Part shown: positions 1 through 9,364 of the stretch, piece by piece | Position numbering within the stretch: position 1 is the first letter of the stretch | How the letters are laid out: the number at the start of each line of letters is the position of its first letter | Assembly: GCA_026004595.1 (NCBI GenBank) | Contig: BPJL01000008.1 | Location: 13,383 to 77,382, forward strand | Length of the DNA stretch: 64,000 bases | Reading direction: 5' to 3' | Origin: Patescibacteria group bacterium | Lineage (GTDB): Bacteria; Patescibacteriota; WWE3; UBA101185; UBA10185 | The notes under the pieces: model-generated | Seen by the model: the letters and a program-made list of their open reading frames with translations, nothing else | Told to the model about the DNA's origin: nothing | Databases searched by the model: none | Program-made: the position numbers and the translations under genes

Positions 1-1956
1 AGAATCCATAGTAGCAACCAATGAAGCATTTATAGATTTTATTTTGCCGTTTGTTTTCATTACCCACTTCTTTAACGAAAAAAGATGGCTTCTTGATATA
101 TATGTTGAATCTTTCAACCAAACTATTATTGGGTTTTCTGACCTCATCACCCTTCCTCTGTATTGCTCAAACTGCTGCCACGTTTTAAAACTGTGAGTGA
201 ATATTAAAACATCTGATTTAACACCGTCGAACTCTTTACAACAAAGTGCTTCATCGAATCCCGTTCCTATTTTTGACATTGTTCCTATTAACACACGTGT
301 GTTAGAATAGCTGTTTTTTGTCCCGTATAGTGTATCAACCTGTACGTCTTTGATCAGCTCACACAAAAGTTCAACATGTTCCTTTAACCTTGACAAAACA
401 ATCAGTTTACTTTTCTTACTAAACAGTTCTACCAGTTTAACTATCAGTCTGTTTCTTTCTTCGTTTTTCGAAAGATCTCTGCAGTAAGCACCGAAGTCTG
501 ATAAAATACTAGAATCAACTGTTACCCCAGTGTTTACTACAAGAAAAGTGTATGGCCTTTTTGATATGGAAAATACTCCGTGAACACCAACTATTGACTG
601 TATCATCTCTTCTGTGTTGTCAGGCCTTTCCAAAGTTGCCGTTTCAGCTATTACATACCTTGGTCTAAAACGAAACAGTGATATGATGTTATCTGGTGTA
701 CAGAACCTGTGTGCTTCGTCTATTATTAGTGTGCCAACTGTCTCAGCGAGTGATTCTGAAACCTTTCTCTTTGGAAGACAGATGATAAAAGAGGGGTTTT
801 CAACTGGTTTTTCTCCCGCGATTAACACTGGTACTTCACCGAAACAGGTCTTAAGCGTGTTCAACCACTGATCAATAAGTATTTTTCTGTGTACAAAAAT
901 TGCTGTCCTATAACCTAACCTATGAGCCAGGTAAGACCCCATTACGGTGTTATGCGTTACCTTAAAGTCATCAAGCAGAAACCTTCCGTTTGAATCCAGC
1001 GTGAAACCAACTATTTCACCTTTCCCAGAATCAACGAGTTTAAACTTCTCAAGAGCAGACCTTGGCGCCGGTTTAGGACAAAACATTGTTGGTATAATAG
1101 AGTAGTCACCTCTAAACTTAAGCAAACCATTTTCCAGATAACCATTGAACCCAAGTGATCTTACCAGATAAAATGTTGTATAGTCATATTTGATCTGCAT
1201 AACATCGCTTGATTCATGGTGATTATCAAAGTAAAAGGAATCACAGAGACCTGCTAGAACTCTTAGTCTTGTTTTTACCGAGTTAAAAAGGTACTCTTCC
1301 TCTATGGGAAGGTTTGACATAAAGCCGTATCTATAAGGATCTACTTCGGTATCTCTTGAGGGGAATTCTATACACGCTGTAACAAGCCGATAGTGATTTA
1401 CATTGTCAATCTCGTTTACTGAAATGTCTTTTACTTTTTCATCTCTTGTATCAAAAACAGTAAGAATATGGCTGTAGTTACACACGAACGGTTCGCTGAA
1501 CTCTGGCTTTACTCTCACTAGTCTATCAGTTCCGTAGACTATTGATCCTATGTTTCTTGGTTTACCATCGTCACCCATTAGTTTGTCATTCAGTGTTAAC
1601 TCGCAAGCCTTGATTCTTCTTCCGTTGTGAAGAAGTAGCCCCGTTTCAGGGTGAAGACACTTTCCAATTCCTGGAGGGAGTCCCAGTGTTGTAGTTGAAT
1701 ACTTTAGGAGCTGATCGTAGGCAGTTTCAACTAGTGGTATTTGAATTTCCCTTAAAGAAGCGTTAAAACTTAGTTCCATTTTAACATGAGTGTCTAAACG
1801 ATTAAGTAGTTTCTTTGTTAAGACACAAGCGAACCTAAAAGGCAGAACAACTGAATCATCCTCTTTGAAAAACAGTTTTCTACACTGAAACGTTAGCAGT
1901 TTTGCTATTTTATCCTCTTTACCAGAAACTTCTTCTAAAGAGACTTTAGCAGACAT
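1..1956 (-). CDS. Superfamily-2 DEAH-box helicase, NCLDV A18-like, interrupted by an intein. It is 3'-partial and runs off the left edge of the window. It is absent from the ORF track because it is incomplete.
   Basis: I translated the minus strand triplet by triplet. The ATG is at 1956-1954 and is preceded by an in-frame TAA. The N-terminus carries an LREIQ Q-motif followed by the Walker A sequence LPPGIGK. After the intein the extein resumes TVMGSYLAH, so the spliced P-loop is GIGKT. Downstream are LIIDEAHRF (motif II, verified) and AETATLER (motif III, pattern-read only). There is no stop codon anywhere between 1956 and 1. Confidence 0.75.
   Translation of the reverse strand, partial: MSAKVSLEEVSGKEDKIAKLLTFQCRKLFFKEDDSVVLPFRFACVLTKKLLNRLDTHVKMELSFNASLREIQIPLVETAYDQLLKYSTTTLGLPPGIGKCLHPETGLLLHNGRRIKACELTLNDKLMGDDGKPRNIGSIVYGTDRLVRVKPEFSEPFVCNYSHILTVFDTRDEKVKDISVNEIDNVNHYRLVTACIEFPSRDTEVDPYRYGFMSNLPIEEEYLFNSVKTRLRVLAGLCDSFYFDNHHESSDVMQIKYDYTTFYLVRSLGFNGYLENGLLKFRGDYSIIPTMFCPKPAPRSALEKFKLVDSGKGEIVGFTLDSNGRFLLDDFKVTHNTVMGSYLAHRLGYRTAIFVHRKILIDQWLNTLKTCFGEVPVLIAGEKPVENPSFIICLPKRKVSESLAETVGTLIIDEAHRFCTPDNIISLFRFRPRYVIAETATLERPDNTEEMIQSIVGVHGVFSISKRPYTFLVVNTGVTVDSSILSDFGAYCRDLSKNEERNRLIVKLVELFSKKSKLIVLSRLKEHVELLCELIKDVQVDTLYGTKNSYSNTRVLIGTMSKIGTGFDEALCCKEFDGVKSDVLIFTHSFKTWQQFEQYRGRVMRSENPIIVWLKDSTYISRSHLFSLKKWVMKTNGKIKSINASLVATMDS
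949..1659 (-). mobile_element. Intein of 237 aa inserted in the helicase Walker A motif between GK and T.
   Basis: The insert begins CLHPETGLLLHNGRRIKACELTLND (intein block A) immediately after GIGK. It ends GFTLDSNGRFLLDDFKVTHN (blocks F and G), followed by Thr as the +1 nucleophile. It is continuous and in frame. Internal LRVLAGLCDSFYFD and VRSLGFNGYLENG look like degenerate LAGLIDADG motifs. I derived the boundaries by hand, to within a few nucleotides. Confidence 0.8.
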
Positions 1957-1983
1957 GTTTTAGTTACAATCAAAACAGTTTTT

Positions 1984-2700
1984 TTATTCGATTATTAGAG
2001 GTATGTCACGTCTTTCAGCCTTTCTTATTACCGAAAGCATGTATTCTACTGGTATTTTTGAATAATCACTGTCCCAGATAGCATGTCTGTCAACACGAGA
2101 CCCTCTTCCCTTTAGTGAACCGTTAAAGTGTATCAGTTCTACTCTTAACCCGTCTCTTAAAGCCTCTTTTAGGTACTTGTGAGGAAGGTACCCAAGACTC
2201 CAAACGTGAGCGGTGTCAATACAGACTCCAAAATTATCATGCTTTCTTTGAAGCTCAAGACAGAAGTCAACGAACTCATCGTAGTCTGTTAACAGTTCGG
2301 TGCCCTGACCTGCTGGTGTCTCTAAAAGTACTTTACAATCTGTTTCATTCTTTTCGCAAACCTTTTTAAGTAAATTTCTCTGGTTGTTGATTGCTTCTGT
2401 AACTGACATTTTAACTGACTTTCCCACGTGAACAACTATTCCCTTTGCATCAAGCTCGGTACCAGCAAGGTACAGGTCACTAAGAAAGTCTTCTACTATC
2501 TTTCTTTCCTGATAAGTTTGGGAAATGTTCCACACGTAGGGAGCATGGATAAACAGTCTGTCAGCCCGTCTTAGGAGTTCACGATTGATATTGTTTATTC
2601 TAACGCCCGTGTATGGAACTCTTAAAAAGACTTGTGCCGGTTTACCCCTTTCAATAGATGAAAGGCTGTCTTTGTTATAATGTCTTCCGATTGACTCCAT
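1984..2700 (-). CDS. AP endonuclease, family 2 (endonuclease IV / Nfo-like).
   Basis: The 238-aa protein has HAPYVWNISQ, VVHVGK, LLETPAGQGTEL and CIDTAHVWSLGY. These match the Endo IV signatures HAPYLINL, HPGS, ENTAGQG and DTCH. Confidence 0.8.
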   Translation of the reverse strand: MESIGRHYNKDSLSSIERGKPAQVFLRVPYTGVRINNINRELLRRADRLFIHAPYVWNISQTYQERKIVEDFLSDLYLAGTELDAKGIVVHVGKSVKMSVTEAINNQRNLLKKVCEKNETDCKVLLETPAGQGTELLTDYDEFVDFCLELQRKHDNFGVCIDTAHVWSLGYLPHKYLKEALRDGLRVELIHFNGSLKGRGSRVDRHAIWDSDYSKIPVEYMLSVIRKAERRDIPLIIE

Positions 2701-2730
2701 TTTAGATTATATTTAATTAAATAAGTTCAA
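2701..2730. promoter_or_regulatory. A 30-bp AT-rich divergent intergenic region shared by endonuclease IV (minus) and DNA polymerase B (plus).
   Basis: The sequence tttagattatatttaattaaataagttcaa lies between two divergent ATG codons. Confidence 0.4.
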
Positions 2731-5427
2731 ATGATAACTGCTCAGATTTTTGACATAACAATGATTGATGATTTTGAAGCCTCTAACAGACTAGCAATAC
2801 TGTTTTGGTGTTTTGATGAGGAATCGAAACCACTGTTGGTGAGAACATTCTTTAAACCATTTTTCTATATTCAGCTACCCGATTTTGTTAACGGTAACTT
2901 TATAACGTGGAAATCTGATAACGCGGGGAAAGTCGCAAAGGCGATTAAAGTTACCGAATACGAGTTTTGTGAAAAGTACCTACTTCATTACTTTCAAGGT
3001 GATAGAAAATACCCGATGCTAAAGTTGACCTTTAACAGTCTTAAAGAGTCTAAACGGTGTGAAAAGATTCTTGAAAAGCCGGTCCACGTTGATAGCATTG
3101 GCTGGGTTAAACTTAAACCACTTGAGAACAAAGAGATAAAACCGATAAGAAAGCTTTTATCACTTTGTAACATAAGGTACTCACAGTGGTTTACATTCGA
3201 AGGTGTTGAACCTGAAGAAAAGATAAGCACTATAACGGAGTACATTAGTGATTGGAGAACATTTAAACCAAAGGAAATGAAAAAGGTTGTTAAACCAAAG
3301 CTTTGTTCAGTTGATATAGAAACGTTTACAGTTAACGAAAAAACAATGCCTGACCCGCTTAGGATAAGTGACGTATGTTTTATGATATCATGCGTGTTTG
3401 AGTACAAAAGGGTACTAATTGTAATGGGTAACATCAGTGATATAGAAGACTGTGAGGTAATTAGATGCAGTGATGAATGTGACATGATTGAAAGGTTTGC
3501 TGACGTTATCCAAAGAGAAGACCCTGATGTGATTTGTGGTTATAACATCTTCGGCTATGACTTTCCCTACTTGGATACAAGAATAAAAATTAGAATGAAA
3601 GACTGGCCAAAGAGACTAAGTCGTCTTCTAGAATACGAAGTTGACGTTAAGAAAAAGTGTTGGAAATCGTCTGCTTATGGCTTTAACAAGATAACGTACC
3701 TTGACATGCCTGGAAGAATCTGTATTGACCTTTATCACGTGATTAAACGGGACTATAGGCTTGATAAGTATACCCTTAGTTTCGTATCAAAGCTTTTTCT
3801 TAAAAATGATAAGGATGACGTTTCACCGAAGGAGATATTTGAAACATACAGAACGGGAAAGGATCTCAAAAGGGTTGGTGAGTACTGTATCAAGGATTCA
3901 GAGCTTGTTATTCAGCTTTTTAACAGACTTAACACATGGATTACACTGGTTGAGCTTTCGTCGATAGTGGGCGTAAATATTGTAGAACTGTTTACCAGGG
4001 GACAAAAGGTCAGATGCGTTTCACAGCTATACGATATAGCATCAAAGAACGACTACGTGATAGACCAGAGGACATCTGATAAAATAAACTACACAGGCGG
4101 TTTTGTTTGTGAGCCGATCACTGGCATTCATGATAACATCGTCTGTATAGACTTTGCTTCACTATACCCTTCAATCATAATCGCCTATAACATTTGCTAT
4201 ACAACGCTTATACCGAAGGAATTCGATGACCAGATTCCCGATGAAGAGTGTCACGTGATTCATTACGGCGATATGAAGATAAAATTTATTAAACAGAAAC
4301 ACAGAGTTGGTCTGCTTCCAATGCTTGTTGAGCAGTTAGTAAGAGAAAGAAGACAGGTTAAAGCAGAGAAGGCAGAAGACGAAATGAGAGCGATTGTGCT
4401 TGATAAAAGACAAAACGCTCTAAAGATCTCGGCTAATTCGATTTACGGTTTTCTTGGTTTTCAAGAGGGCAGTCTTCCCCTTGTTGAGGGAGCGGTTTCA
4501 ATCACCACTATAGGAAGAGAGCTGATAAATCAGGTAAACCAGTATGTTACTGAAAAGGGGGGTAGGGTGATTTACGGGGACACAGACTCTTCCATGGTTG
4601 ATTTAAACACTGACGACCCGATAACAGCCGGGAAAAGGCTGGCAGAGGAAATAAACCGTCTTTTCCCTCAACCGTTAAAGGTAGAGTTTGAGAAGGCGAT
4701 GAGACTTTTTGCCATAAAAAAGAAAAAGTACGCATACTTTATGATAAGCGAGGACGGTGGCTTTAAATCGGTTGAAGGAGAACCCATAGTTTACAAGAAG
4801 GGAATAGCGATAGCAAGAAGGGACAACTGTAAAGCGTTTAGGGTCGCTTATGAAAAGATACTAAGAGAGATACTTAAGAAAAAGCCTTTCGAAGAGCTTT
4901 TATCAATCCTGATCGACGAACTAAGACTGCTTTTAGAATACAAACTCCCCGTTGAGGATCTTGTGATAATCAGAACACTGGGTGCTTCCTATAAATCAGA
5001 CAGCTATTTTATGAAAATTTTCTCTGATGAACTTAGACGTGTTGGAAAAGAGGTTAACCCCGGAGACAGACTTGAGTATGTAGTTGTTATGGGCAAGGAC
5101 AAACTGGGTTATAAGATGAGACTGATAGAAATGTACGATGAAACAGAGGAAATAGACGTTATGTTTTACTTAAACAGTCTTTACGCTAATTCGATCGACC
5201 AACTTTTCTCAATCTGTTATCAAGGAGACGAAAGACTGAAAAGCATCGGCTACAAACCAAGAAACTCTAGAAAGAGAGGAGAGTCTATTATAACACCGGT
5301 TAACATGATATCAAAGATGATAGATGATCTAACTGACGGCTCTAAAGAGAAAATAATTGAGTTTTCTCAAACGGTATTGCCAAACTTATTAATTTTTCTT
5401 AAAAATATAAATGAGCAACATAATTAA
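2731..5427 (+). CDS. polB: DNA polymerase, family B.
   Basis: Exonuclease motifs are Exo I DIETF, Exo II YNIFGYDFPYL and Exo III YCIKDSEL. Polymerase motifs are A DFASLYPSII, B KISANSIYG and C YGDTDS. The protein is 898 aa and contains no intein. Confidence 0.92.
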   Translation: MITAQIFDITMIDDFEASNRLAILFWCFDEESKPLLVRTFFKPFFYIQLPDFVNGNFITWKSDNAGKVAKAIKVTEYEFCEKYLLHYFQGDRKYPMLKLTFNSLKESKRCEKILEKPVHVDSIGWVKLKPLENKEIKPIRKLLSLCNIRYSQWFTFEGVEPEEKISTITEYISDWRTFKPKEMKKVVKPKLCSVDIETFTVNEKTMPDPLRISDVCFMISCVFEYKRVLIVMGNISDIEDCEVIRCSDECDMIERFADVIQREDPDVICGYNIFGYDFPYLDTRIKIRMKDWPKRLSRLLEYEVDVKKKCWKSSAYGFNKITYLDMPGRICIDLYHVIKRDYRLDKYTLSFVSKLFLKNDKDDVSPKEIFETYRTGKDLKRVGEYCIKDSELVIQLFNRLNTWITLVELSSIVGVNIVELFTRGQKVRCVSQLYDIASKNDYVIDQRTSDKINYTGGFVCEPITGIHDNIVCIDFASLYPSIIIAYNICYTTLIPKEFDDQIPDEECHVIHYGDMKIKFIKQKHRVGLLPMLVEQLVRERRQVKAEKAEDEMRAIVLDKRQNALKISANSIYGFLGFQEGSLPLVEGAVSITTIGRELINQVNQYVTEKGGRVIYGDTDSSMVDLNTDDPITAGKRLAEEINRLFPQPLKVEFEKAMRLFAIKKKKYAYFMISEDGGFKSVEGEPIVYKKGIAIARRDNCKAFRVAYEKILREILKKKPFEELLSILIDELRLLLEYKLPVEDLVIIRTLGASYKSDSYFMKIFSDELRRVGKEVNPGDRLEYVVVMGKDKLGYKMRLIEMYDETEEIDVMFYLNSLYANSIDQLFSICYQGDERLKSIGYKPRNSRKRGESIITPVNMISKMIDDLTDGSKEKIIEFSQTVLPNLLIFLKNINEQHN

Positions 5428-6412
5428 GCTACCAAGAAACTGTAGACTATATTTTTCAAACAGAGATCTGGGAAAAGAGATAGAAAAGTATGATGTCTCC
5501 GAAGTTGAAAACATGGAGGAGATGTTTGGTAACGTTACCTTTACTGAACCAGTTGATCTTTCATCATGGAACGTTTCAAAAGTAACCACGATGAAAGATC
5601 TTTTCCGTTTTTCAAGTGGTTATTTACCCAACATTTCCAACTGGGACGTTTCAAACGTTACCAATATGAGTGGAATGTTTGATCATGCTGATTTTGAAAA
5701 CGAAGTCTCGTTAGAAAACTGGAACACGTCAAACGTAAAAGATATGAGTTTTATGTTTTTACATTCAGAAGTTAAAGTTAATATATCAAATTGGGACGTT
5801 TCAAATGTAACAGATATGAGTCATATGTTTGAGGAATCAACGTTCAACGGCGACATTTCACGTTGGAACGTGTCGAATGTGAGGGACATGAGTTACATGT
5901 TTAAGGGATCAATGTTTAGCGGTGATATATCGCGTTGGAACGTGTCAAACGTGAGAAACATAAGTCATATGTTTGAGGACTCAACGTTCAACGGTGACAT
6001 TTCACGTTGGAACGTGTCGAACGTAAGTGACATGAGTTACCTGTTCAAGGGTTCAAAGTTTGACAGAGCTATCTCTTTTTGGAACACTTCAAATGTGAAA
6101 GATATGAGTTTTATCTTCGCCTGTTCGGTGTTTCGCGGTGACATTTCAAGATGGGATGTTTCAAAAGTGTTGAAGCTGACTGGAGCGTTTAGAAGATCCA
6201 AATTCACTGGGGACATATCAAGATGGAAAGTTGATAAGTGTTTAGACTTCTCTGGTATGTTTGAGTACAGTCAGTTCAATGGAGACTTATCACGGTGGAA
6301 AATAAACGGCAACATCAAGGGAATGTTTTACGGTTCCAAGTTCAACCGAAATATAAACGTAGACCGCAACCTCGCTTTTAACACAAAGTCTGACATAAAT
6401 GATGAAGATTAA
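5411..6412 (+). CDS. DUF285-type (BspA/Mycoplasma-like) tandem-repeat protein.
   Basis: About twelve copies of a 22-23 aa unit are present: GDIS-W-VSNV--MS-MF-.S.FNG. The N-terminus MSNIIKLPRN is shared with the other family members. Confidence 0.7.
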   Translation: MSNIIKLPRNCRLYFSNRDLGKEIEKYDVSEVENMEEMFGNVTFTEPVDLSSWNVSKVTTMKDLFRFSSGYLPNISNWDVSNVTNMSGMFDHADFENEVSLENWNTSNVKDMSFMFLHSEVKVNISNWDVSNVTDMSHMFEESTFNGDISRWNVSNVRDMSYMFKGSMFSGDISRWNVSNVRNISHMFEDSTFNGDISRWNVSNVSDMSYLFKGSKFDRAISFWNTSNVKDMSFIFACSVFRGDISRWDVSKVLKLTGAFRRSKFTGDISRWKVDKCLDFSGMFEYSQFNGDLSRWKINGNIKGMFYGSKFNRNINVDRNLAFNTKSDINDED

Positions 6413-6429
6413 AATAAACTCGTGTTAAA

Positions 6430-6732
6430 ATGCTAAGAAGAATCATGGGTGAAGCAAACTACAATGAGTTCTGTATCGCCGTTTACAGGGGTGACTATCC
6501 AACCGACTTCAAAAACAGGGGGGAAAGGACTGATTTAAGAGCGTTCTTTCTCGACACTAACTACACACCAAAAAGGCTTGAAGAGGACATAATCAAGGGA
6601 AAATACAAAGAGCTACTTTCTATGGAAAAACGAGGGTTTAAACTAGAAAGCGTTCAGATAACAGTGTTTATAGTTGTTGTAACTGTTTTTTGGCTGTGCT
6701 TTTTAAATGGTCTGCTTAGTATGCTACGGTAA
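6430..6732 (+). CDS. Hypothetical small protein with a C-terminal transmembrane segment.
   Basis: It is an ATG-initiated ORF with an AAAATG start context and a hydrophobic C-terminus. Confidence 0.3.
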   Translation: MLRRIMGEANYNEFCIAVYRGDYPTDFKNRGERTDLRAFFLDTNYTPKRLEEDIIKGKYKELLSMEKRGFKLESVQITVFIVVVTVFWLCFLNGLLSMLR

Positions 6733-6910
6733 TGAAAAACTGCTAAGAAACAGGTTTTCTTGTGGTTGTAAAGGGATGATCTGTGCTTTTTGTTACAGGC
6801 TGTTAGACAAGTGTCCAGTCTGTGCTGGTCGAGGTAAGCAATCAGTATTTATTATAATTATCATACTAATTATATCCTATATTTTAAATGATATACTACG
6901 GTTTATTTGA
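6707..6910 (+). CDS. Small RING-like zinc-finger protein with a C-terminal transmembrane anchor.
   Basis: Cysteine spacing is CLVC...CGC...C..C...CPVC, followed by an Ile-rich hydrophobic tail. The start context is TTTTAAATG. Confidence 0.35.
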   Translation: MVCLVCYGNEKLLRNRFSCGCKGMICAFCYRLLDKCPVCAGRGKQSVFIIIIILIISYILNDILRFI

Positions 6911-8321
6911 TTGTAAAAACGAAGCAAGAATAACTGAACTAGAGAAAAAAGTTGCTGAACTGGAAAAAAGGATCAACAGTCTAGAGAACACGAACACTCC
7001 CGTCCAGGTTCAGATAGTTGAAGAAAAGGGCTTAAAAGACGTTAGTCCTGAAGTAAGAAGCAAACTTTTAAGCTACAGAGAAGCAATTGGTGTTAACCAG
7101 TATCACAGCAGTGGCATAACAGGACAGGGTATAAAGGTTGCTGTCCTTGACACGGGAGTAGAGGAACACCCATTTATTGGAAGGGTAAAAAAGATAAACC
7201 GTTACGGTCGAAATGACAACTATCACGGTACACATGTGGCCGGAATAGTAAGAAACATTGCACCTGATGCTGAGATAGTGGACATACAGATTTTCGACGG
7301 AATGAAGTGTGATCCAAACAAGATTGTGTTAGGTATTACAGATGCAATCAACGAGGGTGTTGATGTGATAAACATTAGCTCCGGTGCTTCGATAATATGG
7401 AATCAACCCGATTTTATGTTCCCGTACAACGGTAGTTGGGTAACCATTGATGCCATTTGGGAGGACCTTGAAAAAAGGGGAATTCTTGTTGTGGTTTCAG
7501 CCGGCAACGACGGTACAGTTGAACACTTTTACCGTCAGCTTGCTTCTTACTACACAGCGACACCCTTTGACAAACAGTTTCACCTTGGTGACACGGTAGC
7601 GGGAACAAAACGCCACAACTGGCCAATCACCACTACAAGCTGTTCAGTTGATCACAAGTTTTCAAAGTTTAACTCGTTAAACGTTAGTGTAAAATGCATG
7701 TCGTTTGGTGAGGACATTGTTTCAACGTGGGAAGGGGGCAAATTCGTTTCACTTAGCGGTACTTCAATGTCTTCTCCTCACGTGTCAGGTGCTTTGGCTG
7801 TTCTACTTTCAGCCTACAAGAGTAAGTATCCAGACGTATCAAAGTACGAAAGGGCACAAGAGGTAAGAAACTTTCTCCTTGGACACTGTACAATAAGAAA
7901 CATAAAAGAGATGTACAAGCTGATACCCAGGTCAAAAGAGCTTGATTCGTCTCTCGAGTCTATGAAAAGGGCTGTTGAGAGCAACAACATCGTTCAGTTT
8001 AGCATGGCGTTGAGTATATTTACCGCCGTGTGGGGTAAAAATATCATTGCCAATAACCCTCAGTTTGCCGGTTTCTTCTTTAAACCAGTGATAACAACTA
8101 GAGAAGACATGCTATCAGCGTGGGAGTCAGTAAGAGTCTTCGTGAAAAATCTTGAAATAAAATACACAATACTTTCCCTCGGCTACGGTATAGTGAAGCT
8201 AGTGCCTTTAAAGCCAAGAGGCGATATGAAAGAGATCAAAAAGCCCCAGTTTGAACTGATTGAATGTGATCCAACTGTACAACTCTTTCCACAGTTAACC
8301 TCTCACTCTCTGTATTCTTGA
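6888..8321 (+). CDS. Subtilisin-like serine protease (S8 family) with an N-terminal coiled coil.
   Basis: The catalytic triad is Asp in VAVLDTGV, His in HGTHVAG and Ser in GTSMSSPHVSG. The N-terminus has heptad repeats, ELEKKVAELEKR. Confidence 0.85.
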   Translation: MIYYGLFDCKNEARITELEKKVAELEKRINSLENTNTPVQVQIVEEKGLKDVSPEVRSKLLSYREAIGVNQYHSSGITGQGIKVAVLDTGVEEHPFIGRVKKINRYGRNDNYHGTHVAGIVRNIAPDAEIVDIQIFDGMKCDPNKIVLGITDAINEGVDVINISSGASIIWNQPDFMFPYNGSWVTIDAIWEDLEKRGILVVVSAGNDGTVEHFYRQLASYYTATPFDKQFHLGDTVAGTKRHNWPITTTSCSVDHKFSKFNSLNVSVKCMSFGEDIVSTWEGGKFVSLSGTSMSSPHVSGALAVLLSAYKSKYPDVSKYERAQEVRNFLLGHCTIRNIKEMYKLIPRSKELDSSLESMKRAVESNNIVQFSMALSIFTAVWGKNIIANNPQFAGFFFKPVITTREDMLSAWESVRVFVKNLEIKYTILSLGYGIVKLVPLKPRGDMKEIKKPQFELIECDPTVQLFPQLTSHSLYS

Positions 8322-8753
8322 TCTTCTTCGTACTATATCAGTAAGATTTAACAAGGTGATTACTGTCATATAGACCTCGGGTGAAATGATAATAAGTGGA
8401 CTAACCAGAGAATAGTTCCTATCACTCGTGTAATAGACTATGGTTGATACTATAATCAGTGTTATAAAAAAAGTGTGTTTTATCTTAAGTGATTTAACGG
8501 AAACGTAAGTTACCAGAGCAATCAACGTGTACATAAAAACGACCGAAGCAGCGTTAAACACTCTGGTGTACATTCCATCCTTAAGATTATAGAAGCTTTT
8601 ACACTCATTGCACATGTAATAGCTTCTTTCACTTCTTATTCTCCATTGGTTTAAGCATTCCTCGTGAACGTATTTCATCGTACCTTTGCACTTACACGGC
8701 GATATCATGTTCTCTTTTGTGTCCTCTTCCAAACAGATCCTACAGGTCTCCAT
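8295..8753 (-). CDS. Membrane-associated RING-CH (MARCH/MIR-type, C4HC3) E3 ligase-like protein.
   Basis: The N-terminus reads CRIC...CKCKG...H..C...CNEC. Two hydrophobic transmembrane helices follow. Confidence 0.65.
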   Translation of the reverse strand: METCRICLEEDTKENMISPCKCKGTMKYVHEECLNQWRIRSERSYYMCNECKSFYNLKDGMYTRVFNAASVVFMYTLIALVTYVSVKSLKIKHTFFITLIIVSTIVYYTSDRNYSLVSPLIIISPEVYMTVITLLNLTDIVRRRSRIQRVRG

Positions 8754-8833
8754 TTATTTACCGGATATTTTTATTATTTTCTATTAAGCAATATCATCTG
8801 TTTTTAAAAAATTTTTTTTATCAACAATTTAAA

Positions 8834-9364
8834 ATGTCTAATTTAATAACATCGCTTAAACCAAAAGATCTTAGTTCGGATTCGTTTTTGTTAAAGTCGG
8901 CAACGGGAGTCGGCTTGATTGTATCTGGTGTCTTTTTAGCAGCGACCAACAAGACTGTAACTTCTGAGTACAGTTCCATTTCACCGAAGTGGACACTTAA
9001 CAACGTGATGCCCTTGGTTTTAGTAATCTGGTTGGTTGCTATTGTAGCATTGGTATTAGTGTGGCACCAGGCAACATTGTTCACAAGCAACAAAGAGTTA
9101 ATGAATATATTGATGTTTAGCATATTTGGACTCCTTTTCGTATACGTCTTCTCGTTTTTCAGCAGGAATGTTAAAGCTGCAAAGTACGTGATTTTAACTG
9201 TTACTCTTTTGCATGTTCTACTGATTGGCATGCTATGGAGAGAAGATTCAACTCGTCCTCTTTCGTTTATGGCCCTTGCAGTTTTTGGCTTTTTGGTTTG
9301 GAGGACAGCAAGTGACTTTTGTTTAGACAAGCGTCTTAATCTATCACAACAACTGCAGCAATAA
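8834..9364 (+). CDS. Multi-pass membrane protein of unknown function.
   Basis: It has four or five hydrophobic helices. I moved the start to an internal ATG with an AAAATG context. The track ORF 8717..9364 would overlap the divergent neighbour. Confidence 0.4.
   Translation: MSNLITSLKPKDLSSDSFLLKSATGVGLIVSGVFLAATNKTVTSEYSSISPKWTLNNVMPLVLVIWLVAIVALVLVWHQATLFTSNKELMNILMFSIFGLLFVYVFSFFSRNVKAAKYVILTVTLLHVLLIGMLWREDSTRPLSFMALAVFGFLVWRTASDFCLDKRLNLSQQLQQ

Noticed and set aside
614-871. An 85-aa plus-strand ORF at 614..871.
   Set aside because: It lies antisense inside the verified helicase/intein reading frame. It is low complexity and has no start context.
2994-3485. A 163-aa minus-strand ORF at 2994..3485.
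   Set aside because: It is antisense within the exonuclease domain of DNA polymerase B. Its Ser/Leu-rich composition is typical of the reverse frame of AT-rich coding DNA.
8717-8833. A 5' extension of the membrane-protein ORF, with a track start at 8717.
   Set aside because: The extension overlaps the divergent RING-CH gene, MCPLPNRSYRSPFIYRIFLLF. An internal ATG at 8834 has the typical AAAATG context.
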